DNA of 64,000 nt from an uncultured Bdellovibrio sp. Lineage in GTDB: Bacteria > Bdellovibrionota > Bdellovibrionia > Bdellovibrionales > Bdellovibrionaceae. The notes beneath the pieces were generated by a model, which saw nothing but the letters and a program-made list of their open reading frames with translations, was not told the DNA's origin and searched no databases. Positions 8,723 to 18,301 of this stretch are shown here, in pieces. A program made the position numbers and the translations under genes. Within the stretch, counting starts at the first letter, position 1, and each line of letters opens with the position of its first letter. The stretch lies in NCBI GenBank assembly GCA_963932905.1, contig CAWVRN010000002.1, forward strand, positions 256,001 to 320,000, given 5' to 3'.

Positions 8723-9025
8723 TTAGGGGCACTGAACAGCATAAAGCTTTTGCGGATTTTCGTTTAGAGGAAGGCGCAAAGAATTACCAACCTTGTATTG
8801 ATCTGAAAAAGGATATTTCTCGCTTAAGATGATCTCGGCACCAAGACTACCTTTTGCAGGGTTAATTATTTTGTAGGTAACACCCATTTCCTCGTCTTTT
8901 ACGCAGCCACCAATTTTAAAGATAGTCTCAGCATTAGTTCCTACTGTTTGCTGAATGTAGTGGTTCAAAGTGAAATAGGTAACAGCGACGAGAACAATCA
9001 ATCCGATTATGATTTTTTTCAGCAT
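8723..9025 (-). CDS. Small membrane-anchored hypothetical protein
   Basis: MLKKIIIGLIVLVAVTYF N-terminal anchor, two Cys; start may instead be 9043. Confidence 0.7.
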   Translation of the reverse strand: MLKKIIIGLIVLVAVTYFTLNHYIQQTVGTNAETIFKIGGCVKDEEMGVTYKIINPAKGSLGAEIILSEKYPFSDQYKVGNSLRLPLNENPQKLYAVQCP

Positions 9026-9066
9026 GTCTAAATGTATAATCAAGATTTAAATCTGTCCAGTAATCC

Positions 9067-9171
9067 AATACTTTTATACGCTACTTGGTCATGCACCACT
9101 TAGCTTTTTGTGGCGCTTCCTAGGAAAGAACGGCGAAGCTCCAAACCTCGCCTCTCGTTTCTAGAAGTGCC
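9067..9171 (-). repeat. 105-bp inverted repeat, right copy
   Basis: See 6802-6906; single mismatch at 9074. Confidence 0.95.
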
Positions 9172-9245
9172 CTATTCTTAGACGCAGTTACGGGAACTAA
9201 TGAAACTTAATGCCCATTATTTCTGGCTGTCTGATGAAACAGAAA

Positions 9246-9299
9246 CCTATTGTCGGTAGTGTCGGATCGAATTTAAATTTCTGCACTACTTACGATAGG
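9246..9299. terminator. Bulged hairpin immediately downstream of the L,D-transpeptidase
   Basis: CCTATTGT/ACGATAGG and GTAGTG/CACTAC stems. Confidence 0.45.
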
Positions 9300-9301
9300 C
9301 A

Positions 9302-10885
9302 CTACTTAAGAAGTCCTTGTGCTAACAATTTCTTATAAAGCGCGCTATTTAATCCGTAATAGTCATCAAAGAACTGAATTTTATTTCCTGATTCCGCTAC
9401 CGTGAGGCTCACGATGTATATCGTTAACGGTTTGCTTAAACGAATTCCTGTGTCTTTTTCTATTTTCTGTCCTGGCTTTGCAACCGTCGCATCGATCTTT
9501 GCTCGTGTCCAAGTCGTACCCTTTAGAAGGTATTCGGCGAAATCCAGTGGTTTTTCTAAACGTACGCAACCAGAGCTTAATAGACGGTAGTTATTCTTAA
9601 ACAGATGACGATCGCCCGTATCATGCAAATAAATCGAATATCTATTTGTCATTGGGAACTTAACTACGCCCAAAGCATTGTCATAGCTTGGTTGCTGCAC
9701 GATTTGAAAATCGATGTTGTTGCGACTGACATTCGCCCAATCGATACTAGCGGGATCAACTTCCTGATCTGTCTTTAAATTGATAATTTTATAACCGTGT
9801 TGTTTTAGGTAGCCTGGATTTTTCTTCAAGATAGGAAGCTTATCTTTAAAGAAGATATTCATCGTCGCGGTCCACGTTGGATTCAAAATAACCGATTGGA
9901 CTTTGTCTTTCATTAACGGAGTTCTGCGGCTAGTTTGGCCACCGATAGCTTTAAACTGCATGATATAATCATTAGAGTTAATATCAGCGTCTTGCACATA
10001 AAACATTTGATTCGCTATATTGGCAATCGCATGTCTTGATTCAAGGACATCAGACATCCAGCGAACTTTTTCAAGGTTCAATTCAGTTTCGCGGACGCGA
10101 CTGCGTATTTCTGAATTGATCAAGCGCCATGTTTTTGAATCTTTACTTAAGCCTTTTTCAAATGGAACAGACAGATCCAATTGAATATTTTTTAAAACAG
10201 CATCAAATTCAGAGTCATACAGTGGGCTTTCATTAGAAATTCCGTACCCAAGCAAATTCAGCTTGGCCTTAATCGCCGCTACGGATGAATGAGATTGGCC
10301 AAATAGTATTGTATTGGTCGGTTTTTCAACAGTTACCCAAAGATTTCTATCTTCTATGTCGCTCAGGCGAGCGAGAACTTTTCTTAAGCCAGAATAAAAT
10401 TTATTTTTTGGAGCCACTTGATTGTACAAGTTTGCGAATGTCGCTGCAGAAACCGTCGTTAGTAAATTCCATTGAGTGAATGCTTTTGGTTCGTACTTAA
10501 CATCGTCATTGATTTTTCGAGGATCAATTCTACCACCGACTGTGTGAATGATTGATTTTAAAAGATTCTCAGCGACGAATAATTCAGTTTTTAAATCTGT
10601 TGGGCCATTTTGTTTAACAAGTTCAGTTATGTTCTGAAATTGGTAATCACCGGCGCTTAGGCCATGCGATTTAATAGCTGTTCGAATCGCCTCTAGGTCG
10701 CCCAAAGAAATGGCCCACTGTCCGTTGCGTGCAAAGATCGGTTCGAAATTTCTATTTTGATAAGTTTTTTTCAAATAGGTCGGCGCCGTTGGTGTTGTGG
10801 CGAAATAATTATTTAATTCTACGGCGGTCTGTGCGAATACGAAAGAACTTAATGCCGTGATGGCGATAAAAAGGCGTACTAACAT
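9302..10885 (-). CDS. L,D-transpeptidase, YcbB/LdtD family
   Basis: Signal peptide, scaffold and PG-binding region, NPTW, NALGVVKF, IYLHDT, SSGCVRL. Confidence 0.9.
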   Translation of the reverse strand: MLVRLFIAITALSSFVFAQTAVELNNYFATTPTAPTYLKKTYQNRNFEPIFARNGQWAISLGDLEAIRTAIKSHGLSAGDYQFQNITELVKQNGPTDLKTELFVAENLLKSIIHTVGGRIDPRKINDDVKYEPKAFTQWNLLTTVSAATFANLYNQVAPKNKFYSGLRKVLARLSDIEDRNLWVTVEKPTNTILFGQSHSSVAAIKAKLNLLGYGISNESPLYDSEFDAVLKNIQLDLSVPFEKGLSKDSKTWRLINSEIRSRVRETELNLEKVRWMSDVLESRHAIANIANQMFYVQDADINSNDYIMQFKAIGGQTSRRTPLMKDKVQSVILNPTWTATMNIFFKDKLPILKKNPGYLKQHGYKIINLKTDQEVDPASIDWANVSRNNIDFQIVQQPSYDNALGVVKFPMTNRYSIYLHDTGDRHLFKNNYRLLSSGCVRLEKPLDFAEYLLKGTTWTRAKIDATVAKPGQKIEKDTGIRLSKPLTIYIVSLTVAESGNKIQFFDDYYGLNSALYKKLLAQGLLK

Positions 10886-10887
10886 AC

Positions 10888-11175
10888 CTATTCCGCCTTC
10901 AAGACGTTAAGTTTGTTGTCCGTCGTAATCTTGATAATAGTCTTTTGACTTTGGCTTTTTGAAAGTACGGAAAGAACCGCTTCAAAATTTGGAGCTTTGT
11001 TATCTAAATACAAAACTTGAGACGCATTTTTTAAAACGATGATTTTTCCATCGTCGTCTTCTTTGATTTTTAGAACAGTATCCGTAACAAGCGATGCTAA
11101 GTTATTAGCAAGCGCATCTGAAATGCCGAAGAAGAAGATAATCAACATCGAAATGGCAAATAAAAAATATTTCAT
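10888..11175 (-). CDS. Small secreted hypothetical protein
   Basis: Signal peptide; 2 bp gap to the LDT gene. Confidence 0.7.
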   Translation of the reverse strand: MKYFLFAISMLIIFFFGISDALANNLASLVTDTVLKIKEDDDGKIIVLKNASQVLYLDNKAPNFEAVLSVLSKSQSQKTIIKITTDNKLNVLKAE

Positions 11176-11250
11176 AGTGACCCCAATTTGGAGTCACATA
11201 TAGCGCGAACTTTAAATTAATTGTATTACGGAATCACGGGTTGGAAAAAA

Positions 11251-13128
11251 TTACTTAAGGATAATTAGTTTGCGAATCACACATTTACGGATATCCCCAA
11301 GCAATTTAGTCATTTCTGGGCTTTCGAATTCTTCCTGTAACACCCTTGGTTTTAATACTGTGATCACGTCATGAATTTGAATGGCCTTCGACTTTTGAGT
11401 TACCTTTCGGTCAAAGGCAATCCAAGGCGATTTAAACCCGCAGCTCAGCTTATTTGTGCCTTGGCTAGAGGCATCTTTGAACGAAATGATATATTCAGAA
11501 ACCCTTGGGTAACTAAGTCCCAGGTCAGTGAATCTTTTATCCACTCGATCAGCGATTTGCGATAGGGCCTGGTTTTCCCATAAAAGAAACCCTACACCCT
11601 GATTGGATTCATAGAAGGCATTCATTTCTTTGAATTCGTAGCTGAATTCAAGGTCGCGTGTGATCCGCGACATCAACGAAAATGGTGTGAATTTTACATC
11701 CGTGACTGTTTTCACATTGCTTGCTGTCCATTCAAGTAAACGGAATTGAAGGGAATCCAAAGACGACCGCAGTTGATCTCCGGTCCATTCCGTCGCGGCA
11801 ACTCCTGACAAATTCAGTTTAGTTTTGACGTGGACATACGGTTTTTTTACGTCGGCGTATTCAACTTGAATGACAGTGCGATTCTTTTTGTAGTCTGTAG
11901 GAGGAATGTCTTTTTCGCGCGGATTTTCAGGGTCTAAAAGGACGGCTACGCGACCGGAAATATCAGGCAGTGGTTCTTTAGTGAAAACCATGCTATTCGT
12001 TGCATCTAGCCAGCGGGGCTTGCCTTGAATTTCAACGTACGTGATGGCGTGATTTTGAACTTTTGTGCTTGGTAATTTTGGATTTTCAAACTGCATGTTA
12101 TCGCCGCGATAGACCCAAGCGACATAACTTTTGTAGCCCAGTTTTCTAAGTATGGCGGCAAGTGATGCTGAATAGTCTTTGCAATCGCCGTAACCGCTGC
12201 GAGCAATTTCAGCTAGTGGGCGAGGTATCATCGCGCCTTTTACACTGCGCCAGTCACCCAAATATCGAATGTGAGTTTGCAGGCGATCAATAATGAGTTC
12301 CATACGGTCCTCATCGCTTTTCAGTTTTTTTGCATCTTGATAAATCTTCTCGTGCATTTCGGGTAATGGTTCATTCAAAACAAGTTCATGGCTGGTCGTG
12401 ATAGACTTCATCATTTCCTTCGACCACGTTTTTTCGGACGATATTTCAATATGTGGGACAAGTCGTCGAGTTAAATAGGAATCTTTTTCTTCCACTGGGT
12501 TAATGTAAATTGGCTTTTTCTGACTGACATTAATATAGAATTTGCCCTTTTCTGTTTTGGCTTCTACGGCCAAGGAATCTATCTTGTCGCTGATGCTGTA
12601 AAATATCGGCATTTCGCTTTCGATGTATAGATTTTGCTTAATCGAATTCTCGCGCCAACCAAAATATTCAATTGTTCCAAAATAGTTATCAACCGACAGA
12701 GTGTGGGTTTCCATGTTCATTTTAAAATACAGTACTGATCCGACTTGAACGTTAGGAAAGGCTATAGAAACTTGGTTGTCGTTATCGAAGCCGTCTTTGC
12801 TGGACGCCAGGGGCTTATCTTCAATGGAATTGCTTTCGACTTTAGAAATGGAATCCCCATTTTTGGTATACGCTTCGATGCTAGTGATTTTTGATAAATA
12901 TGGTGGATAGGTAAATTTGTAGAAACCAAATTCGCGTCGGCCGGTTTCATTTAGAATTTCAACTTCAAATTCGGAAACACTTTTGTAATGGCCGCTCTTT
13001 TTAACTTGATAGTATTGATTCACTTGAAGAAATTTATGACTGGCTTCTTCGGGTCGCTGTAGCCGGGCTTTTGCCGAAGGTGAGAAAATAAATATCAGTA
13101 ATAGGGTAAGAGCAATCAAATGTTTCAT
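11251..13128 (-). CDS. DUF3857 + transglutaminase-like domain protein
   Basis: Signal peptide; FPNVQVGSVL (DUF3857); GDCKD, NHAI, WLDAT Cys-His-Asp triad. Confidence 0.85.
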   Translation of the reverse strand: MKHLIALTLLLIFIFSPSAKARLQRPEEASHKFLQVNQYYQVKKSGHYKSVSEFEVEILNETGRREFGFYKFTYPPYLSKITSIEAYTKNGDSISKVESNSIEDKPLASSKDGFDNDNQVSIAFPNVQVGSVLYFKMNMETHTLSVDNYFGTIEYFGWRENSIKQNLYIESEMPIFYSISDKIDSLAVEAKTEKGKFYINVSQKKPIYINPVEEKDSYLTRRLVPHIEISSEKTWSKEMMKSITTSHELVLNEPLPEMHEKIYQDAKKLKSDEDRMELIIDRLQTHIRYLGDWRSVKGAMIPRPLAEIARSGYGDCKDYSASLAAILRKLGYKSYVAWVYRGDNMQFENPKLPSTKVQNHAITYVEIQGKPRWLDATNSMVFTKEPLPDISGRVAVLLDPENPREKDIPPTDYKKNRTVIQVEYADVKKPYVHVKTKLNLSGVAATEWTGDQLRSSLDSLQFRLLEWTASNVKTVTDVKFTPFSLMSRITRDLEFSYEFKEMNAFYESNQGVGFLLWENQALSQIADRVDKRFTDLGLSYPRVSEYIISFKDASSQGTNKLSCGFKSPWIAFDRKVTQKSKAIQIHDVITVLKPRVLQEEFESPEMTKLLGDIRKCVIRKLIILK

Positions 13129-14186
13129 TGCGCGGCTCCTTTTTTCAGGTCAGCAACTAGATCTTTTAAGCCTTGAGATGGCTTTTCATGTGTTTCTAGT
13201 TTTTTTACCGTATTCATAAACTTCTCAAAATCTTTTCCGCATAACGTATATAGGTTTTCAAAATCACTCATATCTTGGAGGTATGTTTTATATACGATCA
13301 GACGAGCGTTATTTAAATCGATCGTATCGAATTTTGAATAGCTGTCGGTAATTAGTTTCGGTTTTACCTTTTCTGCAAAGTTAGTTTGGATTTCTTTAAA
13401 TCGAGACCGACGAAGTTCTTCTTTTTGTTCTTTCTGATCAGAATACCATTTTTCAACCGATTTAATTTCAGAAGTAATAAATTCTGAGAATTGTTTTTCA
13501 TCGATATTTTCGTTGCGGACCAATTTCAGCGTCTCCGAATTCTCGCCTTCCTTTTGTTGGTAGTATAGCTCCATCCCTTTATTTCCTAAGAACGTAGCAA
13601 GGCGTTCATTGAAATCTGCTTCGCTTTTGATAAACAAAGTCGCGTGGACAGATTCGTGGATAATTGTATTTACTAAATCGTGGTCTTTGTAGCGTAGCAT
13701 GCTGGAAAGTAGTGGATCTTTAAACCAACCGAGCGTCGAATACGCCGATACGCCACGTACATAGACATCAAAATTTTCAGCTTTTAACGATTCCGCTTCC
13801 TCTTTAGCATCAGCTTCAGCAAAAAAACCTTTGTACGGCATCTTGCCCACAATCGGAAAGCCCCATAAATGAGTTTCCAGTTTCCATTTAGGCGATGCGC
13901 TGACAACGTAACTTACATAAGGGCGATCTAATTTTACATAGGTAGAGTAATTCTTTTTAACATTGAGTTTTAATTTAGATTCAGCAAATTGCCTGACATC
14001 TTGAGATAATAAAAGTTTTTGTTTTTCGTTAGGTTCCAGCTTAGGGTCATTCAAAGCGTCTTCGATGGGAACTCGTTGATTCAGTAGGCTAAGCTGGTTG
14101 TAAGCACTTTTAGCAAGGTAGCCAATTTGGCAACTGGCCGTCATAAATCCAATAGCTAAAACAAATGTAATCTTTAGAGCATCCAT
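13125..14186 (-). CDS. Putative aminopeptidase lipoprotein (DUF2265 family)
   Basis: Lipobox TASC; AYSTLGWFKDPLLS; HESVH...FNERLA zinc motif. Confidence 0.85.
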   Translation of the reverse strand: MDALKITFVLAIGFMTASCQIGYLAKSAYNQLSLLNQRVPIEDALNDPKLEPNEKQKLLLSQDVRQFAESKLKLNVKKNYSTYVKLDRPYVSYVVSASPKWKLETHLWGFPIVGKMPYKGFFAEADAKEEAESLKAENFDVYVRGVSAYSTLGWFKDPLLSSMLRYKDHDLVNTIIHESVHATLFIKSEADFNERLATFLGNKGMELYYQQKEGENSETLKLVRNENIDEKQFSEFITSEIKSVEKWYSDQKEQKEELRRSRFKEIQTNFAEKVKPKLITDSYSKFDTIDLNNARLIVYKTYLQDMSDFENLYTLCGKDFEKFMNTVKKLETHEKPSQGLKDLVADLKKGAAQ

Positions 14187-14746
14187 GTAATACCAGCACG
14201 AATGGAACTATCCTCAACATTGGATTTGTTGCCATTAGAATCTTTGGATTCTGTCCGCCAGGCTTCGTAACTGAGTTTGATTCCAAATGATTCGGACAAC
14301 GCAAACTTAAGACCTGCACCATAACTGGGTGAGGTAGAATTGATAGGATCCGTGTCGTAAACAAATACGCCAGCATTTTTTGTTGTTAATGTTTTCTGGA
14401 TCTGGGCAATACCGCCCTTGATATAAGGCTGCACCATCGCTTTTCTATCTGCTAACATAAAGATTAACGACGAATCGTAGACAGCCATTTTTTGCAAAGA
14501 GGTTTGTTGCTGAAAACCGGTACCATTAAAAATAGTTTCTTCGCGAAGGATCGAAGCATCCGTATAACTTAACTCGACAGCCATTTTTTCCATAAAGTAG
14601 AAGGAGACGGATCCAGTGGTGGACTCTGTATTGTTATAATTCTGATTATTGTAGTAGGTTTTTTTCTGCGCGTAAGAAACGGAAACTTCTGTTAAAAACG
14701 CAAAACTTTTTAGACTCAAAAGTAGTAATAATATAAGTATACGCAT
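14174..14746 (-). CDS. Outer-membrane beta-barrel protein (8-strand type)
   Basis: Signal peptide from ATG 14746, amphipathic strands, PYIKGG, terminal RAGITWML. Confidence 0.75.
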   Translation of the reverse strand: MRILILLLLLSLKSFAFLTEVSVSYAQKKTYYNNQNYNNTESTTGSVSFYFMEKMAVELSYTDASILREETIFNGTGFQQQTSLQKMAVYDSSLIFMLADRKAMVQPYIKGGIAQIQKTLTTKNAGVFVYDTDPINSTSPSYGAGLKFALSESFGIKLSYEAWRTESKDSNGNKSNVEDSSIRAGITWML

Positions 14747-14830
14747 ACTTATATTGTATGCCCATTTTCCCGGAGCGTCTTTAAATTCCAGGTGGTCCAG
14801 GACCGAACACAGACCGAGATCCAAAGACCT

Positions 14831-15757
14831 TTAGCGAGCTAAAAAACTAGGATTGAAGAAAACGTGGAATGAGTAACGTAAGTGAATAAAACCATCACTT
14901 TGTATCATTTCTTTAGGTGGATTTGGAAACACTTTAGCGTCCTCAAATGCGCGTATAGACGACTGATCAAAAGGCCTCTGTCCCGATTCTTTTAGAAGAA
15001 TGGCTTTACGCAAATGCCCTTGGGGATCTATTAAAAACTCAATCTGAGTAATCCAAGTTTTCTTGGCGATATTTTGAATGACATTACGGCGATCAAACTG
15101 ATCGATCGCATTGCGAACATGGGTTTCCCAGCGATAGCGAACTAAATCCTCAACCCGCGCATAGAAAGTATAGAACTGGTATTGATCCGTATTCAGTGCC
15201 GTGAAATCACCGACAGAAACATCTTGTGGAAGCGATTCTCCAACTGTTGATCTCATATATTGTTCTTTAGGAAACAGCTCCACCGGTTTGTAATCTTCAT
15301 TATTTTTGCCACCGCGTTTTACAATCACATCGCCATCATTTTGCTCGGAAATAGATTGTAATTCCTGTTTGATTTTATTTTCTAATAGTTCACGTTGATA
15401 TTTAGGAATATTGCTATTTCGGTTTTGAGTTTTCCCGGTTTCTTTAGCTTGAGTTTCTAAAATCACGCGCTGACGTTTTTCTGACAGAAAACGAGCGGGA
15501 TCATAAACCTTGGTATCATCCTGCATACGTTCAGGGGCATCAGCTTGACGTACAATTTGTTGCTTGGGTTGTTTTTCTTGAAGAACGACTTCTAGTAATG
15601 ATGGTTTTTCTACCGGGACTTGACCCGAAGATGGTGGGGTAAAGCTAAGCAGGTAACTTTTAGGCACAAGCCATATAATCGCCACCAAAACTAAGTGGAA
15701 AATCAGGCTCAGAGCTAAGGCTAGGGGCAGGTACTGTTTCGCTCTCATTCGTCTCAA
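14831..15757 (-). CDS. TonB/TolA C-terminal domain protein
   Basis: N-terminal TM with SLIFH motif; C-terminal ESGQRPFD...FPNPP. Confidence 0.8.
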   Translation of the reverse strand: MRRMRAKQYLPLALALSLIFHLVLVAIIWLVPKSYLLSFTPPSSGQVPVEKPSLLEVVLQEKQPKQQIVRQADAPERMQDDTKVYDPARFLSEKRQRVILETQAKETGKTQNRNSNIPKYQRELLENKIKQELQSISEQNDGDVIVKRGGKNNEDYKPVELFPKEQYMRSTVGESLPQDVSVGDFTALNTDQYQFYTFYARVEDLVRYRWETHVRNAIDQFDRRNVIQNIAKKTWITQIEFLIDPQGHLRKAILLKESGQRPFDQSSIRAFEDAKVFPNPPKEMIQSDGFIHLRYSFHVFFNPSFLAR

Positions 15758-15794
15758 TCTAGAACAATTTGGACCCGTTTTCCACTAAAATGGC

Positions 15795-15821
15795 TCAAGT
15801 TTGATACAAAAATGACGATGA
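15795..15821 (+). promoter_or_regulatory. sigma28-type promoter
   Basis: TCAAGTTT-N11-GACGATGA upstream of the PilZ gene. Confidence 0.55.
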
Positions 15822-15869
15822 ATGATACAATAAATGAACATTTTATATGTGAGTAATCGGGGGTATCTT

Positions 15870-16376
15870 ATGGGAAAAGTCATTGACATCGTAGATCGCA
15901 TTAAGTCAACAAAACGATCGCCTACAACAGCCAAAAGCAAGGCGCCTGTCATGGATATCACAGAAGTCAGAAAAGAAATGATTAATAGCGAACGTAGAAC
16001 GGTAAAACGTACTATTTTGACTGAATTTATCGGCGCTTTCGTTATTCTTCCAGATCAAGGATTGTTAAAAGTTTCAGTATACGACATTTCAGACAACGGT
16101 ATCGCGTTTGATATCGATACTGAAAAGCCTATTTTCAGAGAAAATGAAGAAGTCGCAATGCGAGTTTATTTAAACTATAAAACTTATTTTGGTTTTGTAG
16201 TGAAAGTTCAAAATTCACGCTTTGTTCCGAGTGAAGGTGTTGTTCGTCACGGAACTCATTTCATGAAAGGCACGTTGAATGACGTTGCACTACATCATTT
16301 CGTAAAATTCATCGAAACCGTAAGCGCAAGTTTAAAAACTGACGACGGTGACATTCAAGTTTCAAATATATCTTGA
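15870..16376 (+). CDS. PilZ-domain (c-di-GMP receptor-like) protein
   Basis: RRTVKR (RxxxR) and DISDNG (DxSxxG) motifs; GGGG SD before ATG 15870. Confidence 0.8.
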   Translation: MGKVIDIVDRIKSTKRSPTTAKSKAPVMDITEVRKEMINSERRTVKRTILTEFIGAFVILPDQGLLKVSVYDISDNGIAFDIDTEKPIFRENEEVAMRVYLNYKTYFGFVVKVQNSRFVPSEGVVRHGTHFMKGTLNDVALHHFVKFIETVSASLKTDDGDIQVSNIS

Positions 16377-16443
16377 TCTGCAACCTTCTTAAGATGATCC
16401 TATGAACAGCAGTCGTTGTTCTTAGGATTAATCTGCAGAGGGG

Positions 16444-17808
16444 TTGTACAAATTGAGCAAAAATAATAACAGCAATAACAATAGTTCAAATCCAAAAAAG
16501 AAAAAAATCGTAGTCGATACGAACGTGATTCTTTTCGATTCTCAAGCTCTAACTAAGTTTGGTGAAGCCGATATTCACATTCCTATGTCGGTTATTGAAG
16601 AGATCGATCGTTTTAAACGTGATCAAGGTGAAAACGGGCGAAATGCACGTCAATTCAGCCGCTTCATCGACGTTCTAAGAGAAAAAGGTTCATTATCTCA
16701 AGGTGTTCAAATTGATGGTCATGGCGAAACATTTGTTTACGTTAGCACAGATTTGATGGCTCATGGCCTGAACGCAGAATTAAACCAAGAAAAAGCAGAC
16801 AACAGAATTTTGATGACAGCGATTGGCTTACAAAAGCAACATCCTCGTCACAAAGTTGAATTAATCACCAAAGATATTAATCTTCGTATCAAAGCCGACG
16901 TTTACGGTATCATCGCCAAAGATTACGAGCCGACAAACGCGGACGTCGCTGATCTATACGAAGGTTACCAAGAGATCGAATTGACATCGGAACAAATCGA
17001 TCAATTCTATCGCGACAAAAAATTCACGCCGGCAGCAGGGCATAAACTGATTGCGAATCAATATTTGATTATCAAAAATCCATCGAATCCAAATCATTCA
17101 GCCGTTGGACGTTATTCCGTCGCGGAACAAAAGATTGTTCCTTTATTGACTCCGTCAGACAGCATTTGGGGTATCCATGCTCGTAACGTTGAGCAGGCGT
17201 TTGCTTTAGATTGCTTGTTGAACGATGAAATTTTGTTTGTTTCCTTGGTGGGTAAGGCCGGAACGGGTAAAACATTGCTAGCGATCGCTGCCGGGCTGCA
17301 CAAGACATTAGATGAAGGCCGTTTCCAAAGATTGCTAGTGTCGCGTCCGATTTTCCCAATGGGTCGTGATATCGGTTATCTACCTGGCGATATCGAGCAA
17401 AAGCTGAATCCGTGGATGCAGCCTATATTCGATAACGTAGAGTTTTTGATGGGCGCTGATAAAAAAGCGGCGGGTCGTGCGCAAGAATTGATCAATCAGG
17501 GTATGTTAAACATCGAGCCATTAACGTATATCCGTGGTCGCAGTATTCCGAAACAATATTTGATCGTAGATGAGGCGCAAAACTTAACCCCTCACGAAAT
17601 TAAAACAATCGTGACAAGGGCCGGTCGTGGAACGAAAGTTGTCTTGACTGGAGACGTCTACCAAATCGATAATCCCTACGTCGATTCAGCAAATAGCGGT
17701 CTGACGTACGCAGCAGAACGTTTCAAAGGTCACGGTATCGCGGCCCATGTAACGTTAACTAAAGGTGAGCGTTCAGAGCTAGCTGAATTAGCAGCAAATA
17801 TTTTATAA
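16444..17808 (+). CDS. PhoH2 (PIN domain + PhoH ATPase)
   Basis: VVDTNV PIN motif, GKAGTGKT Walker A, GYLPGD, DEAQN; start may be TTG 16453. Confidence 0.92.
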   Translation: MYKLSKNNNSNNNSSNPKKKKIVVDTNVILFDSQALTKFGEADIHIPMSVIEEIDRFKRDQGENGRNARQFSRFIDVLREKGSLSQGVQIDGHGETFVYVSTDLMAHGLNAELNQEKADNRILMTAIGLQKQHPRHKVELITKDINLRIKADVYGIIAKDYEPTNADVADLYEGYQEIELTSEQIDQFYRDKKFTPAAGHKLIANQYLIIKNPSNPNHSAVGRYSVAEQKIVPLLTPSDSIWGIHARNVEQAFALDCLLNDEILFVSLVGKAGTGKTLLAIAAGLHKTLDEGRFQRLLVSRPIFPMGRDIGYLPGDIEQKLNPWMQPIFDNVEFLMGADKKAAGRAQELINQGMLNIEPLTYIRGRSIPKQYLIVDEAQNLTPHEIKTIVTRAGRGTKVVLTGDVYQIDNPYVDSANSGLTYAAERFKGHGIAAHVTLTKGERSELAELAANIL

Positions 17809-17825
17809 TAAAATCGGGATTTGAA

Positions 17826-18242
17826 ATGGGTCATAATATTCAGTTTGATAAAGGTTATACATTCAACTTGTCAGTCCAAGTGACTGACGAGATGGTCAGA
17901 AAATTCGCCGACATGTGCGGTGACTATAATCCTATCCATCTGGATGATGAGTACGCCAAAGGCACTCGTTTCAAACAAAGAATCGCTCACGGTATGATCG
18001 TGGGCGCTTTATTTTCTAGAGCTTTAAACGATTGCATGGGCGCAGGCGGAATTTACTTAAGCCAAACCATGAAGTTCCTGCAGCCGGTTTTAATCAACGA
18101 CACGATTCACATGGAATTTCTAGTCACAGCAATGCGCAAAGAAAAAGGTATCGCAACGGTAGAAACTCTAGCTAAAAAAGCGAACGGTGAATTGTACGTT
18201 AAAGGTGAGGCTATCGTAATGGTTTCATCCGCCGTTAGCTAA
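17826..18242 (+). CDS. MaoC-family dehydratase
   Basis: GDYNPIHLD...IAHGM motif. Confidence 0.9.
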   Translation: MGHNIQFDKGYTFNLSVQVTDEMVRKFADMCGDYNPIHLDDEYAKGTRFKQRIAHGMIVGALFSRALNDCMGAGGIYLSQTMKFLQPVLINDTIHMEFLVTAMRKEKGIATVETLAKKANGELYVKGEAIVMVSSAVS

Positions 18243-18301
18243 ATGACACTACAGAAATGTGATTCAATCTATTTTCGTTAAATATACGCGATTCTGAGAT
18301 T

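Noticed and set aside
9225..9262. Hammerhead-like core CTGATGA-aaca-GAAAC...GTC
   Set aside because: No stem II, stem III is only 2 bp and stem I does not pair; likely chance.
16460..16490. AAT/AAC-rich Asn run at the PhoH2 N-terminus as a contingency repeat
   Set aside because: Imperfect mixed codons; an ordinary low-complexity extension.
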